Below are positions 9,875 to 21,636 of a DNA stretch of 64,000 nt, in pieces. Position numbers and translations under genes: made by a program. The stretch comes from Candidatus Poribacteria bacterium (lineage in GTDB: Bacteria; Poribacteria; WGA-4E; PCPOR2b): the NCBI GenBank assembly GCA_965215015.1, contig OZ244042.1:5472001-5536000 (forward strand). The letters are read 5' to 3'. The notes below the pieces were generated by a model that saw only the letters and a program-made list of their open reading frames with translations, did no database searches and had not been told where the DNA came from. How positions within the stretch are numbered: position 1 is the stretch's first letter; the number at the start of each line of letters is the position of its first letter.

Positions 9875-10216
9875 TTACCAAGTTGAACGCCGAGTTTTCA
9901 GTTTTTCGAGATATTCTGCTGTGCGTTTAATCTCTCGACGCGCAGCGTCATCGGCTCTGCGTTTTGCTGCTTTTTTATCGTTATACTCCAACCCCCACGA
10001 ACCTTTTCTGAGACGTTTGAGGTTAAATTCTCCACCCGCTTGTGCGTTCACATAGTCAAGCAGGTTTCGCAAGATCCAGTAGACATCGGACGCAGCATAC
10101 CGGAGATCGCTATCAGACCCCTGTTCTCCGATAAAATCTAGGGCCAGTCTTACCAATTCAACGGCCTCTTTTGGGGTGTAGCTCTTGTCACTATCTAACT
10201 GAATTGTTACCATCAC
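9875..10216 (-). CDS. Hypothetical protein
   Basis: 113-aa ORF 15 nt downstream of xdhC on the same strand; no family recognised. Confidence 0.6.
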   Translation of the reverse strand: MMVTIQLDSDKSYTPKEAVELVRLALDFIGEQGSDSDLRYAASDVYWILRNLLDYVNAQAGGEFNLKRLRKGSWGLEYNDKKAAKRRADDAARREIKRTAEYLEKLKTRRSTW

Positions 10217-10231
10217 GCTGACTCGTAGCGG

Positions 10232-11341
10232 TTATGTACCGACCTTAATCGTGGGCATTCTCGCCGGCTGTGCATCAAAATAGATGTCTGGCTTCGTACT
10301 ATTGCGGACCTGGATAAGTTGTGCAGCGATACTCACGGCAATCTCTGGCACGGTTTTAGAGTTGATATCCAATCCAATCGGCGCATACACCTGCGCCAGT
10401 TTCTCTTCCGGGACACCCATGTCCCTTAAATCGTCGTAAATCAACTTAATCTTCCGCCGGCTGCCGATTAGCCCGACATACCGTGCATTGGACTCAATGA
10501 CGCTGTGGAGTGCCTCCTCATCGTGCTGATGTCCTCGTGTGACAATGACAGCGTAAGTCAGATGATCGATGGGGTACTTACGCAACTCCTCCGCAATATC
10601 GCCGATGATAATCTTGTCGGCTTCGGGGAGCCGTTCTTCAGAGGCAAAATCAGCACGGTCATCGACAATTGCGATGTCAAAACCGATCCATTTTCCAAGA
10701 TGACATAGAGCCTGCCCGACATGCCCAGCACCAGCAATAAGCAACGTAGGACGCGGCTGCACCGCATCCATAAAGACCCAAACAACCCCATCCCGCCACC
10801 GAAAGACCCCGGGAGCATCCTTCTCTAGGACCTCGCTCAGTTCCTCTTGCAGTACTGTCTCCAGTGTCGCATCGCCTAACGACCCGACCTTTTCGCCGTT
10901 AGCTGCAAACAGCATCTTGGCGCCGACTTGGATATGGTCCATCTCACTCTGAACGATTGTGGTAGAAACGAGGGGGATTTTTGCCTCCGAGAGTTCCTGC
11001 AACCGAGTTAATATCAATGACTCCCCTTCGGTTTGGGGCAGGTCAATGAAAATTTTCATATTCCCACCACAGATGAGACCATCGTCCCATCCGTAGTCGC
11101 TATCCAACTGAAAATCAAGCAGACGTGGGGCACCCCCCTGCATCAGGCCGATGGCCTGTCGCCGCGCCTCCGCTTCGACACATCCGCCGCCCAGTGTTCC
11201 GATATTGCGTAGGTCTGGTAAAATTAGCAACTTGGACCCCGGTTTTTGCGGCGTGGATCCTTTTGTTTCTACAACCGTACAATAGGCACCAATCTCTTCG
11301 GATTCAATTAGTTCAATGACTTTCTGATATATATCTCTCAT
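10232..11341 (-). CDS. xdhC: XdhC/CoxI family Moco-insertion accessory protein
   Basis: GSTPQKPG, GTLGGGCVE, GLICGG, AGAGHVG, TRGHQHD, YVGLIGSRRK, APIGLDI...PEIAVSI. Confidence 0.9.
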   Translation of the reverse strand: MRDIYQKVIELIESEEIGAYCTVVETKGSTPQKPGSKLLILPDLRNIGTLGGGCVEAEARRQAIGLMQGGAPRLLDFQLDSDYGWDDGLICGGNMKIFIDLPQTEGESLILTRLQELSEAKIPLVSTTIVQSEMDHIQVGAKMLFAANGEKVGSLGDATLETVLQEELSEVLEKDAPGVFRWRDGVVWVFMDAVQPRPTLLIAGAGHVGQALCHLGKWIGFDIAIVDDRADFASEERLPEADKIIIGDIAEELRKYPIDHLTYAVIVTRGHQHDEEALHSVIESNARYVGLIGSRRKIKLIYDDLRDMGVPEEKLAQVYAPIGLDINSKTVPEIAVSIAAQLIQVRNSTKPDIYFDAQPARMPTIKVGT

Positions 11342-11371
11342 TTTTCTTTCCTCGCATCAGATCGGCTAAAA

Positions 11372-12265
11372 TCATCCTTGTTCCTTAACGCTCTTTGTTA
11401 CCAATTGGGTAAACTGTTCACGCTGGGTATCAGTCAAATCGAGTTGAAGAATTGATTCAGCCCCATTCCGACCAATTTGCGTCGGAACATTAAGGTAGAC
11501 TCGCGCTGCACTCGATTGAATCAGGGAACTGACGCACATGATTCGCTTCTTATCCAAGGCAATTGCCGTGACAATTTGTGCAATCCAAGCAGCCAGCGTA
11601 TATGGTGCATCCATGGTGCTAGATTTCTTATGTATGTCCCTCACCCCTTCCGTCAACGCATCAATTTGCCTTGCCCCCAGTAACTCCCCTAACGGTATAC
11701 CATTCACACGGCAGTATTGCGGAAGCGGGTGGATAGTCTCGTCATTCCCAATGACAAGAACCGTAATATCTTGCACAGAAACGCTCAGTTGATGGGCAAT
11801 CTGAGTTTTCAGATACGCCTCCCCTATCCCGCTAGAAAGTCCAATCACTTGGCTTGCTTCCGCCCCAAGTTCACGATAAACGTAAAAAGCGAGCGAACAT
11901 GCCGAAGGCATTGAGACGATGACCCGCGCTTTCGGTGCGTGTCGTTTTATGTGCCGAGCAAAACGTTGCACTAGCGAAGCATTGGCTTGGCGTTGCGCTT
12001 GAATAGGGCGTGATGCGTGGGGAAGTAGAATCACAATCTGCGAATCTGCCAGTGCCGCCTGCTCTTGAGTCACGCGTAATTCTGTGTCCCCCCCCCCGAT
12101 TACAATTGCTTGTTTCAGGTCTTGCAGCGTATCGCGGAGTGGTCCTGGCGTATCTTCTACCCAAACAACCTCAGAAAAGAGGTTCAAATGGCAAATTGTT
12201 GATGCAACAGGAGCAATACAACTTCTCCCTCCGAGGAGGCTTATCTTCATTTCAACGACAACCAA
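11372..12265 (-). CDS. Malate/lactate dehydrogenase-like protein lacking catalytic motifs
   Basis: MDH/LDH layout (ADSQIVIL, IKRHAP.A.VIV, LSVSVQDI, YCRVNGIPL, VPTQIGRNG) but GxGxxG, LDxxR and GxH are replaced. Confidence 0.7.
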   Translation of the reverse strand: MVVVEMKISLLGGRSCIAPVASTICHLNLFSEVVWVEDTPGPLRDTLQDLKQAIVIGGGDTELRVTQEQAALADSQIVILLPHASRPIQAQRQANASLVQRFARHIKRHAPKARVIVSMPSACSLAFYVYRELGAEASQVIGLSSGIGEAYLKTQIAHQLSVSVQDITVLVIGNDETIHPLPQYCRVNGIPLGELLGARQIDALTEGVRDIHKKSSTMDAPYTLAAWIAQIVTAIALDKKRIMCVSSLIQSSAARVYLNVPTQIGRNGAESILQLDLTDTQREQFTQLVTKSVKEQG

Positions 12266-12302
12266 TCCAACAGTTGAGGTTTGAAAACTTCAGTAAGCGG
12301 GT

Positions 12303-15179
12303 TCACAAAAGCGTTTCAACGAGCGTCTGGAAGTTTTCTTCTAGCAATTCGCGTTGTTTATCCATCCCAGATTTAGGGGTGAGTTTTGTTTCTAATAACC
12401 GTTCGTAGCGTTCAACGTACTCCAGAAGTGCTTCAACCTCCTTCTCGTAACAGATAATCGAGGCCAACACCTTCTCTTTGATCAAGATTGGCAACTCCGT
12501 CTGTGTAATCTGTGTCAGTTCCCACCGCCATAATTTTTCAGAAATGTAACCTGCATATCGTTTTAGCGTATCGCCCTCATAGCCGGCGTCTTGGAGAGCT
12601 CTTAACTCTAGGAGTAAGTCTACAGCAATGTTAAACACATTCACCGAAGCATCCCCCGCAGCAGCGGAGGCAGGGAAAACCCTTCTTAGCTTCATCAATG
12701 CACGCCCGGTGGTAGAGAGTGGCAACTTATTTTCAAACAAAAATGCGCGCAAGTTTGGATATTCATCGGGAGATTTCACGTCCTCCAACCATGTATTCTC
12801 AATAGGTGGTAGCGATTGCAGATCGAAATTCAGTACCTGATGCTCTCGTATCTGATTAATCTGCTGAGAGTGCGGAGCTATTGCGGTCTCCAGCAGCGTT
12901 GATGGCGCATCGGTATAGGAATTTAGAAACTCTATAAGTTCAGCAATTTTCGGTTTTTCCTCTTCGATTGCCGCTATCACTTTTGCAGCGGATTCGGGGG
13001 ATTGACCCTTTTTCCGTCCCTTTTTCCCTTTACCCCGCTTTTTGGGGGCTTTGGGATTTGTTGCACGGACCAGTTGTTTAGCGAGCGTCTGCTGGTATGT
13101 TAGCAATTCCTCGCGAAGTGCACATAGGGTCGTATCGCTATGAATTTGTAGCATAGCAGGTGTACTAATTTCCTGTAACCCACGACCAATTTTCGCTTGT
13201 AAGGCACGGTCAAGATTCCGTTTCAGAGTATTTAAATCTTTCTCATTGCGTATCACGATTTTCCCGCCAAGCACGAGATCCATCAGTCTCTTCGTTTCTA
13301 ACGGAAGGCTGAGATTGATGTCGAAAATTGGTTGAAAATCTTCGCAGAGATATTCTCGAACCAATCCTTCGGTGAGTATCGTCCACAATGTCCTATAATA
13401 GGGTTCACGGTCGCTCCGCTCTTCCGGAGTATTCTGAATCCAGCGTTTAATCATCGGGACATTGGCGTGGAGGCGACTCAGAACGACCTCAAACATCTTC
13501 TCCGAAATCCCAAATCCTTCAAAAGTATTCCCTCTCCGGGGTGAGAGATGACGTGCCCCCGAATTTTGCGCCGAAGCGGTAGAGTGCCTAGGCATTAACA
13601 GGATATCAGACAATGGCTTGAGAACGGATTCAAATTGCTGCTGATGCCTGCTCGTGAAATTCGCGATTTCCAGCAATTCTATCCATAAGTCCCGAAGCCT
13701 TTCAGTCTGTTTTGGATGGATCGTCGGATTCAACGCAAGACGGTGGAGCCGATCTCGTACCGTCTTGTCTGTCCACTCTGGCAAGCAAATTTCCTCCAGA
13801 AGTTCCTCCTCCTCAAGTACCATTAGCTCCACTGTACGCAGCAGGCCGGTTTCGAGAAGGTGTTTCTCAAATACAAGGTCATAGAAAAGTCCAGTCGCTT
13901 GATCCAGCACTTGATTCGCCAATTTGTAGCCAGACAGGATGAGATGTCTGATAGTAGTTTGACGTGAATCTTGCAGCTGCCATGTTTCAATGATTGAATC
14001 AATGCTATTTCTCAGCAACTTTTTCCTGGATTCCACATTATCTTCATCCAAGTATTCACCGACATATTTTCCAAAAAACTCGCTGAATTCAAATAGCTGA
14101 TTCCGCAGCTCGTTAATTGCTAGGTCGTCCCAGACCCTTTCATAAATCCGTTGCCCCGGTTGGAGCGTGAGTGCTTGAAGCCGACTATCAATCCGTCCTT
14201 GGAAATTCGTCATGATTTCGTGTGCCCGCTGGTTTGCCTGCGACACATACTCATCGACGATTGAAGAGCATTCGGTAACGACTTTACGAATAGCTTCGTA
14301 GTCACCATTGGGCGTAGTAACAACAAATTCAATACTGCCCGGGGACAGTGGATTATAGACAGCCGCTGTTGGAAATACCGCTATCGGTCTTAAACCTTGT
14401 GCGGGATGAGGCGATTTGCTCTGTCCGTCCTCTTCTTGCGTCGGTTTACCTTGGAGGTACTCACCAAGCCTTAAACAGTAATTAATATCAAGCAGATCGG
14501 GGTAATGCTTGATATGCGTACGATGAACGACCAGGAGCTGGTCGGCGTCACTAGTAGTGATTGAATCGAGCAGTTCATCCTCGTTCAGATGCACCCCATG
14601 GATGTTCGTCTGTTCTGGAATAATGACCCGCGCTAATCCGGGTGAGGTTTCTTGAGAAGATGCGAGGACATAGCCGCCAGCTTTGACAGTGGTTGGTATT
14701 GTAAACTCAACCTTTAAAACCTCTTGCACCATCTCTGACAACGTGAGGGATTTACCTAGATGGACAGTGGTAATATCCTTGAGTACACCATCGGCGAAGT
14801 CCGTCACTTGGCGTGTGTTACGCTCTAGCTCCTGCACACTTCTACGGACGCGGTCATGGTCATCCTTCGCTTCCGCTGCAACTTTAACCTCATCAATCCA
14901 AGAAATCCAAGCCCCGGGGCGCGGTCTCATTTTAAGTGTGAGTCCCCTATCTTCTGAGTCGAAGCCGGGGAGAATTTGCCCTTCGGACGATTTCTTTGGC
15001 GTCCAAATGAGCAAGTATTTGTCATTTTTTGCACCAAGCCCCATCCCAAAGGTATCCCCCCAGCTCATCCGTCCTTCAACGCTCGCTTTTATTTTATCTG
15101 TTAAAGCGAAAAGAGAATCTGAACTAAAATTTAGGGATAGGTCTTGCACTTGATTCGATTGGTCCTTGTCCAAAATCAT
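12303..15179 (-). CDS. Large hypothetical protein (958 aa, helical C-terminal two thirds)
   Basis: Long uninterrupted ORF; no motif recognised. Confidence 0.75.
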   Translation of the reverse strand: MILDKDQSNQVQDLSLNFSSDSLFALTDKIKASVEGRMSWGDTFGMGLGAKNDKYLLIWTPKKSSEGQILPGFDSEDRGLTLKMRPRPGAWISWIDEVKVAAEAKDDHDRVRRSVQELERNTRQVTDFADGVLKDITTVHLGKSLTLSEMVQEVLKVEFTIPTTVKAGGYVLASSQETSPGLARVIIPEQTNIHGVHLNEDELLDSITTSDADQLLVVHRTHIKHYPDLLDINYCLRLGEYLQGKPTQEEDGQSKSPHPAQGLRPIAVFPTAAVYNPLSPGSIEFVVTTPNGDYEAIRKVVTECSSIVDEYVSQANQRAHEIMTNFQGRIDSRLQALTLQPGQRIYERVWDDLAINELRNQLFEFSEFFGKYVGEYLDEDNVESRKKLLRNSIDSIIETWQLQDSRQTTIRHLILSGYKLANQVLDQATGLFYDLVFEKHLLETGLLRTVELMVLEEEELLEEICLPEWTDKTVRDRLHRLALNPTIHPKQTERLRDLWIELLEIANFTSRHQQQFESVLKPLSDILLMPRHSTASAQNSGARHLSPRRGNTFEGFGISEKMFEVVLSRLHANVPMIKRWIQNTPEERSDREPYYRTLWTILTEGLVREYLCEDFQPIFDINLSLPLETKRLMDLVLGGKIVIRNEKDLNTLKRNLDRALQAKIGRGLQEISTPAMLQIHSDTTLCALREELLTYQQTLAKQLVRATNPKAPKKRGKGKKGRKKGQSPESAAKVIAAIEEEKPKIAELIEFLNSYTDAPSTLLETAIAPHSQQINQIREHQVLNFDLQSLPPIENTWLEDVKSPDEYPNLRAFLFENKLPLSTTGRALMKLRRVFPASAAAGDASVNVFNIAVDLLLELRALQDAGYEGDTLKRYAGYISEKLWRWELTQITQTELPILIKEKVLASIICYEKEVEALLEYVERYERLLETKLTPKSGMDKQRELLEENFQTLVETLL

Positions 15180-15322
15180 TTCCTAATATATTTAACAAAA
15201 AATGGGCAATTCTTTCCCGTACTGTACCTAAGAGGTATGGAAAGCCTTGCCCTAAAAGTTCATGTCGAGATGTGCGTATTTTCTGTTTAAGTATCTGACT
15301 AAAAATCTCTGCACATTCTGTC

Positions 15323-15366
15323 GGGTGGCGTCTACTCACCCGGTGCTTGGTGAGTAGACGCCACCC
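15323..15366. terminator. 18-bp perfect inverted repeat downstream of nuoI (terminator or REP-like)
   Basis: gggtggcgtctactcacc - 8 nt - ggtgagtagacgccaccc. Confidence 0.55.
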
Positions 15367-15389
15367 CAAGTAAACTCATGTTCGGGTAC

Positions 15390-15935
15390 TTACGAATCCG
15401 GATGAAGTCCTTGTTCGGGAATATCGTTATTAGCTATCAACATATCTCGATCAAAGATGAAATCTTTCCGCGAACTGCCCAGAACTTCACCCTCTTTTTG
15501 TCTTTCCCTAAAGTATTGCGGGAGTGTGATTCCTGTCATCTGGATTGCATCCTCTGGACATGCCTCAACACAGTATCCACAGAAGATGCAGCGCAGCATA
15601 TTGATTTCAAAAACTTCCGGGTATTTCTCGCGTTGATAACCTTCTTTCGTTTTCCAGCCTTCGGGCGCGGGACCGCCTTTAATGGTGATACAATCCGCCG
15701 GACAAGCTGTTGCACACATAAAGCAGGCCACACATTTGACATTTCCTTCCGGATCCAGTGGCAGTTTATGAACGCCACGATAGCGTTCATTGCGCTCTTC
15801 AACACTCCGTGGATCTTCGGGGTACTGATAAGTGAACTTCCTCTTAGGAATATGTTTCAGTGTCGTGAGCATACCCTTAATAAGTCCAGGGATATAAAGC
15901 TTGTCCCAAAACGACATATCTTCATTGACTTTCAT
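15390..15935 (-). CDS. nuoI: NADH-quinone oxidoreductase subunit I (2x[4Fe-4S]), stand-alone
   Basis: TYQYPE, RYRGVH, CVACFMCATACP and CIFCGYCVEACP; start set at MKVNED (15935). Confidence 0.88.
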   Translation of the reverse strand: MKVNEDMSFWDKLYIPGLIKGMLTTLKHIPKRKFTYQYPEDPRSVEERNERYRGVHKLPLDPEGNVKCVACFMCATACPADCITIKGGPAPEGWKTKEGYQREKYPEVFEINMLRCIFCGYCVEACPEDAIQMTGITLPQYFRERQKEGEVLGSSRKDFIFDRDMLIANNDIPEQGLHPDS

Positions 15936-16166
15936 AAAAACGCTGTCCCGGCTTTGATTATTGAGCGTAAAAACCTCTGCTGGGAAGCCATTCTCCTTTC
16001 GATAATAAAATTCAAATCGAATAGTAGCATAGTAGCACAATTTCAATATTAATGCAACAACTATTTTTTTATAATTGTTTCCTCATGGGTGACAAACCTT
16101 TCACATCAATTATCAATTACGACCGTGGCACTGCAATATTACACCCTCGACATAAGATAATAGCAG

Positions 16167-17048
16167 TTACTCTCTTAGATACTCCTTTTTCAACTTTTCA
16201 GGAAACCCATAGGGCAAATCAGTTCGGGGTACAGGTAATGGAAAGCTTTGACCCCCTCGGTTTTGGAACATCTCATGTTTACCACATAACCATAGAAACA
16301 TCTCTGCCACCTTCACCGCACTCCGGAATTGTTCAACAAGGTTAGCGGCTGGACTGTCATAGTCAGCAGTGGCAAAATCAAAGTTAGGGTTAACCGTCCA
16401 ATCCCTTTTGGGTGGACTGGTTCTCCAATAGAAATACTTTAACAAGTTACGGGTTGCAGTTATAGTTGAGGATGGGCGACGATGCCAGATATGATAGATT
16501 GTGATGAACACAGAGCCTGCTAGCGCATCAGTTGATACTGTGTTCCTGATATTCCCTAAATGCCCCATGAACCTCGACTTCTGCCGTACAAGATGTGTGC
16601 CGGGTACAAGTTGCGTCGGCCCCATCTCTATGGGAGTGTCCTGTGGATAATAGAACACCTGAAGGAAGTTTAACTCATGGGTATAGTTGTAGTTCCCATC
16701 AATGTGCCACCCCCCAACTGATGCGATAGGGCATTCAACACGATGGTTCACCATCTGGACAGGCAGATGGAAATCTTTGCCCAACAATGACCGCACAGCC
16801 CCTGCAACTTCGGTATTCCTCATCACCCCCTCAACAAACCATTCCTCATATAGGATATCATTCATATAGAGCAGGTCAGGATTTGCATCACAATACTTCA
16901 GCACACGCTGGTTAATATGATCAGGCACCACTCCTTCAAGCCTGAGATATCCATTTTTTAGAAACTCAAGTATCTCTGTGTCTGATAAGGTTGGTTTGCA
17001 GTCATGTGTGCTAGAGGGAATCAATGTCTTTTCTGAAAAGGTATTCAT
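16167..17048 (-). CDS. Phytanoyl-CoA dioxygenase (PhyH) family Fe/2OG enzyme
   Basis: GYLRLEGV, WHID (HxD), GPTQLVPGTH, distal IWHR. Confidence 0.85.
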   Translation of the reverse strand: MNTFSEKTLIPSSTHDCKPTLSDTEILEFLKNGYLRLEGVVPDHINQRVLKYCDANPDLLYMNDILYEEWFVEGVMRNTEVAGAVRSLLGKDFHLPVQMVNHRVECPIASVGGWHIDGNYNYTHELNFLQVFYYPQDTPIEMGPTQLVPGTHLVRQKSRFMGHLGNIRNTVSTDALAGSVFITIYHIWHRRPSSTITATRNLLKYFYWRTSPPKRDWTVNPNFDFATADYDSPAANLVEQFRSAVKVAEMFLWLCGKHEMFQNRGGQSFPLPVPRTDLPYGFPEKLKKEYLRE

Positions 17049-17116
17049 AACTCAAATTGGAAGGTGCCTCAGATAGAACTCAGAATGACGGGCATCACGG
17101 TTAAGTGGTCACCAAT

Positions 17117-18649
<1,533 letters not shown>

Positions 18650-18957
18650 TTAGAGAATCAATTGAGCGATAGATAAAGGGACAAAGCCATCGTCCTGAGC
18701 CGGTAAGCGGTCTCACTGCACCAACAGATTAAATAACGCCATTGTGAAATCGAGTCATGTCTTGCAAATACGCCCAACACTGATGCGCCCTCTTTGTCAA
18801 CATAAATAAAATGATCTCTATCAGTATTCTATCATTCCACTCCCCGCGTTGGCATACCCGCAGGTTGGAAGCAAGCCCATCGGCTTTGGCAACTCCTGCA
18901 TCGGCAAAAGCAACCATCTGCTCACTGATCCCTTCAATTAGATGAGGGGTGCACATA

Positions 18958-18984
18958 GTAGTAGGCACGATCTGTCGTGCCGTA
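18958..18984. repeat. REP-like palindrome
   Basis: GTAGTAGGCACGATCTGTCGTGCCGTA; same ends as the 5659 and 37391 copies. Confidence 0.55.
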
Positions 18985-19132
18985 GACCACACAACCGTGT
19001 AGTTAGGTGAACCAAAGATTTAAGATCTCGAAGGATAGAATAGGTACAAGGCATCGCAGGAAAGGGAATTATTGAATAACAATGTTACCACATCAGAAGC
19101 ATATTGTCAAAAAAATCACTATATCCCATTAC

Positions 19133-21112
19133 CTACAAATTGTCGACATAATATTCAGTTTCTTTCCGCTCTCGAACCATTTCGTTCCCTTCAAACAGAT
19201 CATAAGCAATTGTGCCTTGACTTTGCGCTGGGGGAGCGGCACCGAGGATATAACAAAACGTGGGGACAACATCAGCGGCGTGGATGTAACCGTGTGAATC
19301 ATAATCACGCTCATACCCTTTTTTGATTCCCGGTCCAGCTAATAAAAATGTTCCAAAGCTAGAGGAGAAGTCCTCGTTTCGGGTGGGAAGGAAGCCACCG
19401 TGATGTGCGCCATACACTTCGGGCGCACCGACCGCTCCACCACCGATGATACCCTTCCACTGACCGTAGTAACCGCTGACGTAACCATGGTCCCAAGCAA
19501 AAATGACATCGCCGCACTGATCCCCCCACTGACCAAGGAGGTAGGCATCTCGCTTCGGCAGCGCAATGGCAATAGGCGTACCTCCTACCTCTTCATCAAC
19601 CCACGTACGCAACGCTACCAGCAGTTCGCGCTCAATCTCGTCGAATGCCGGTCCCGCTTCAGCGTTGATGTAGATGTCGAAGCCTTTGTCATCCTTCAGA
19701 TAGGCGCGGGTCTGCTCCCAATCTATGTCCTCTTCCAGTACCTCATCGCGCGCAACACCCTCCGCACCCTTCTTTAGGACAGTGAATCCCTGATCGACGA
19801 GGAATTTCCGGATGTTAGCGATACGGATGTCGGGGTAGGCCCCATGGTCGCCGAGGACACCAACGTAAGTCTCGTCATCAGCAGTGTCCCAGATACGTCC
19901 CAAAATCCGGTCACCAACCTGATACGCCCGACGGAAGTAGTCCATCGCTATGTCTGCATTGTTTGGATCGTAGCCCGGACAGACAGGGTCTACATCGTTC
20001 AGATGGATATGGTTCAGGTAGTCGTAAAGATGCCAATGAGAAATAAAAAAGGAACACCCACGCTCACGTAGCATATAGTTGGCAACATCAGCGAACCAGA
20101 GCCCCTGATATTCGCACTCTTCAAGGGCAGTATCAAAATCCGCCATACCTGACGTATAAGGCGTCATAGAGGCGTGCTCCTGATAGGGCCCAAAGCGTTC
20201 AATAAGCTCTGCCGCGAGGTCATCTGGATAGGTGAATCCATCGGTATAGGTGACTTGTGAACGATAGAGTTTCAGATTCTTTCCATCAGGCGTGAGTTCC
20301 ATCAGCTTAAACCGAATTGACGCGTCCTGCTTTTGGCCATCGATCTGGAAGGGTTCAATCGCCCAATCACTCCATTGGCCAACATCTGTTTCGGCGACTT
20401 TGGTGCCGCCATCTTTTTTTCGGCAGATCCATACGCGATCATATCCCCGTCCACGACTGTCAACCACAAGGAGGTGGAAGGTGTTGATATCACCGCCGAG
20501 ACGCGCATGAATTTCGATTATGGATTCAAGGGGAGGCGATTGGCTCGGCGGAAGATTTTCCCAGCCGAGGGCAGGACGTAAGACCGGAATCGGTTGAACG
20601 CTGCGTTGCGTCCGACGGACAGCCGTCCCATCATGGTCCATCTCAACGGTAGCACCCTGATCGCTTGTCGTATAGGCTTGACAGGACGCCACCTCATAGT
20701 CGGTGCTGGCGTGGCCAGGGTGACCAAAGCCATCTACGACGAAACCGGATTTGATGCCCGATGGATGGGCGGCTGGGTAGTGGACAGCAACGCTCGTTTT
20801 GCCGGCACGTTCTAGAGCGTTCCAGATTCGCTCGGCATTCGGAGCGCGCCCATCGAAGCTGTTAATCCGTTCACCGGGGGCAACCTCCACACGCCAACGG
20901 GTGACGCCATGTGTCCCGGTGTGAGCACCGGTAGAAAGGGTTGCCCAATTCGTCGGCGTCCAGACCGGGAAGGATGGAAAGGTCTGGTTCACCGTGCCAT
21001 TTTTAAGCATCCTTTCAAAGTTTGGCAAACACCCTTCAGCAACAAATTTTTTCATCATCGGGACGATAAAACCATCCATCCCGTAGGCGTAGATTTTTTT
21101 ATACATAAGCAT
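19133..21112 (-). CDS. Alkaline phosphatase superfamily / type I phosphodiesterase-nucleotide pyrophosphatase
   Basis: GMDG, PVWTPTNWATLSTG, DYLNH, GDHG, GAHH, DVVPT. Confidence 0.85.
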   Translation of the reverse strand: MLMYKKIYAYGMDGFIVPMMKKFVAEGCLPNFERMLKNGTVNQTFPSFPVWTPTNWATLSTGAHTGTHGVTRWRVEVAPGERINSFDGRAPNAERIWNALERAGKTSVAVHYPAAHPSGIKSGFVVDGFGHPGHASTDYEVASCQAYTTSDQGATVEMDHDGTAVRRTQRSVQPIPVLRPALGWENLPPSQSPPLESIIEIHARLGGDINTFHLLVVDSRGRGYDRVWICRKKDGGTKVAETDVGQWSDWAIEPFQIDGQKQDASIRFKLMELTPDGKNLKLYRSQVTYTDGFTYPDDLAAELIERFGPYQEHASMTPYTSGMADFDTALEECEYQGLWFADVANYMLRERGCSFFISHWHLYDYLNHIHLNDVDPVCPGYDPNNADIAMDYFRRAYQVGDRILGRIWDTADDETYVGVLGDHGAYPDIRIANIRKFLVDQGFTVLKKGAEGVARDEVLEEDIDWEQTRAYLKDDKGFDIYINAEAGPAFDEIERELLVALRTWVDEEVGGTPIAIALPKRDAYLLGQWGDQCGDVIFAWDHGYVSGYYGQWKGIIGGGAVGAPEVYGAHHGGFLPTRNEDFSSSFGTFLLAGPGIKKGYERDYDSHGYIHAADVVPTFCYILGAAPPAQSQGTIAYDLFEGNEMVRERKETEYYVDNL

Positions 21113-21235
21113 CCCCTCTTTAGAACCTATAGATCATTGTAAAACTTCACCCTCGATTAATAGAAAAGCAGTCTGAGAAATTGAACGTATCTGTCAAGAA
21201 TTTATATGATAGTGTATCAGTCCTTTACCGTACTA

Positions 21236-21616
21236 CTAGGCAGGAACGCCGATCGAAGCGTGGATCTGAACAAACTTCCATGTTCCCTCCTCTTTTTCAA
21301 GTACACCCGTCAACCGTACTGCCAATTCTTCGGGAACGCCAAGCCACTGTAGTCGCCATATCTGCCGTGTGTAAAACCACGCTACATCTTCCCGTCCCTG
21401 AACGTCAAGATGTTCATACTCAATCGCAAGATTCGCTGCATTCGCGATAATCCTCTGATAATAATCCCTTGCGTTTTCACCGCCATCAATATGCTCCTCC
21501 GGCTCGGTGCCAATCTTCACATAGTAGTCAGCCAAAGACATCATCTTGATGAGCCGGTCTGTGTCTCCTGCGATGAGCGCGTCAAAGTAGGCTTTAACTG
21601 TTTGGTAGGCATCCAT
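21236..21616 (-). CDS. NTF2/SnoaL-like domain protein
   Basis: RLTGVLEKEEGTWKFVQIHAS C-terminal signature. Confidence 0.85.
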   Translation of the reverse strand: MDAYQTVKAYFDALIAGDTDRLIKMMSLADYYVKIGTEPEEHIDGGENARDYYQRIIANAANLAIEYEHLDVQGREDVAWFYTRQIWRLQWLGVPEELAVRLTGVLEKEEGTWKFVQIHASIGVPA

Positions 21617-21636
21617 GATTGTTTTTTTACCGCCGA

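Noticed and set aside
15378-16052. 224-aa + strand ORF, and other long antisense ORFs such as 53162-53809 and 50413-51066
   Set aside because: Shadows of well-supported genes on the opposite strand
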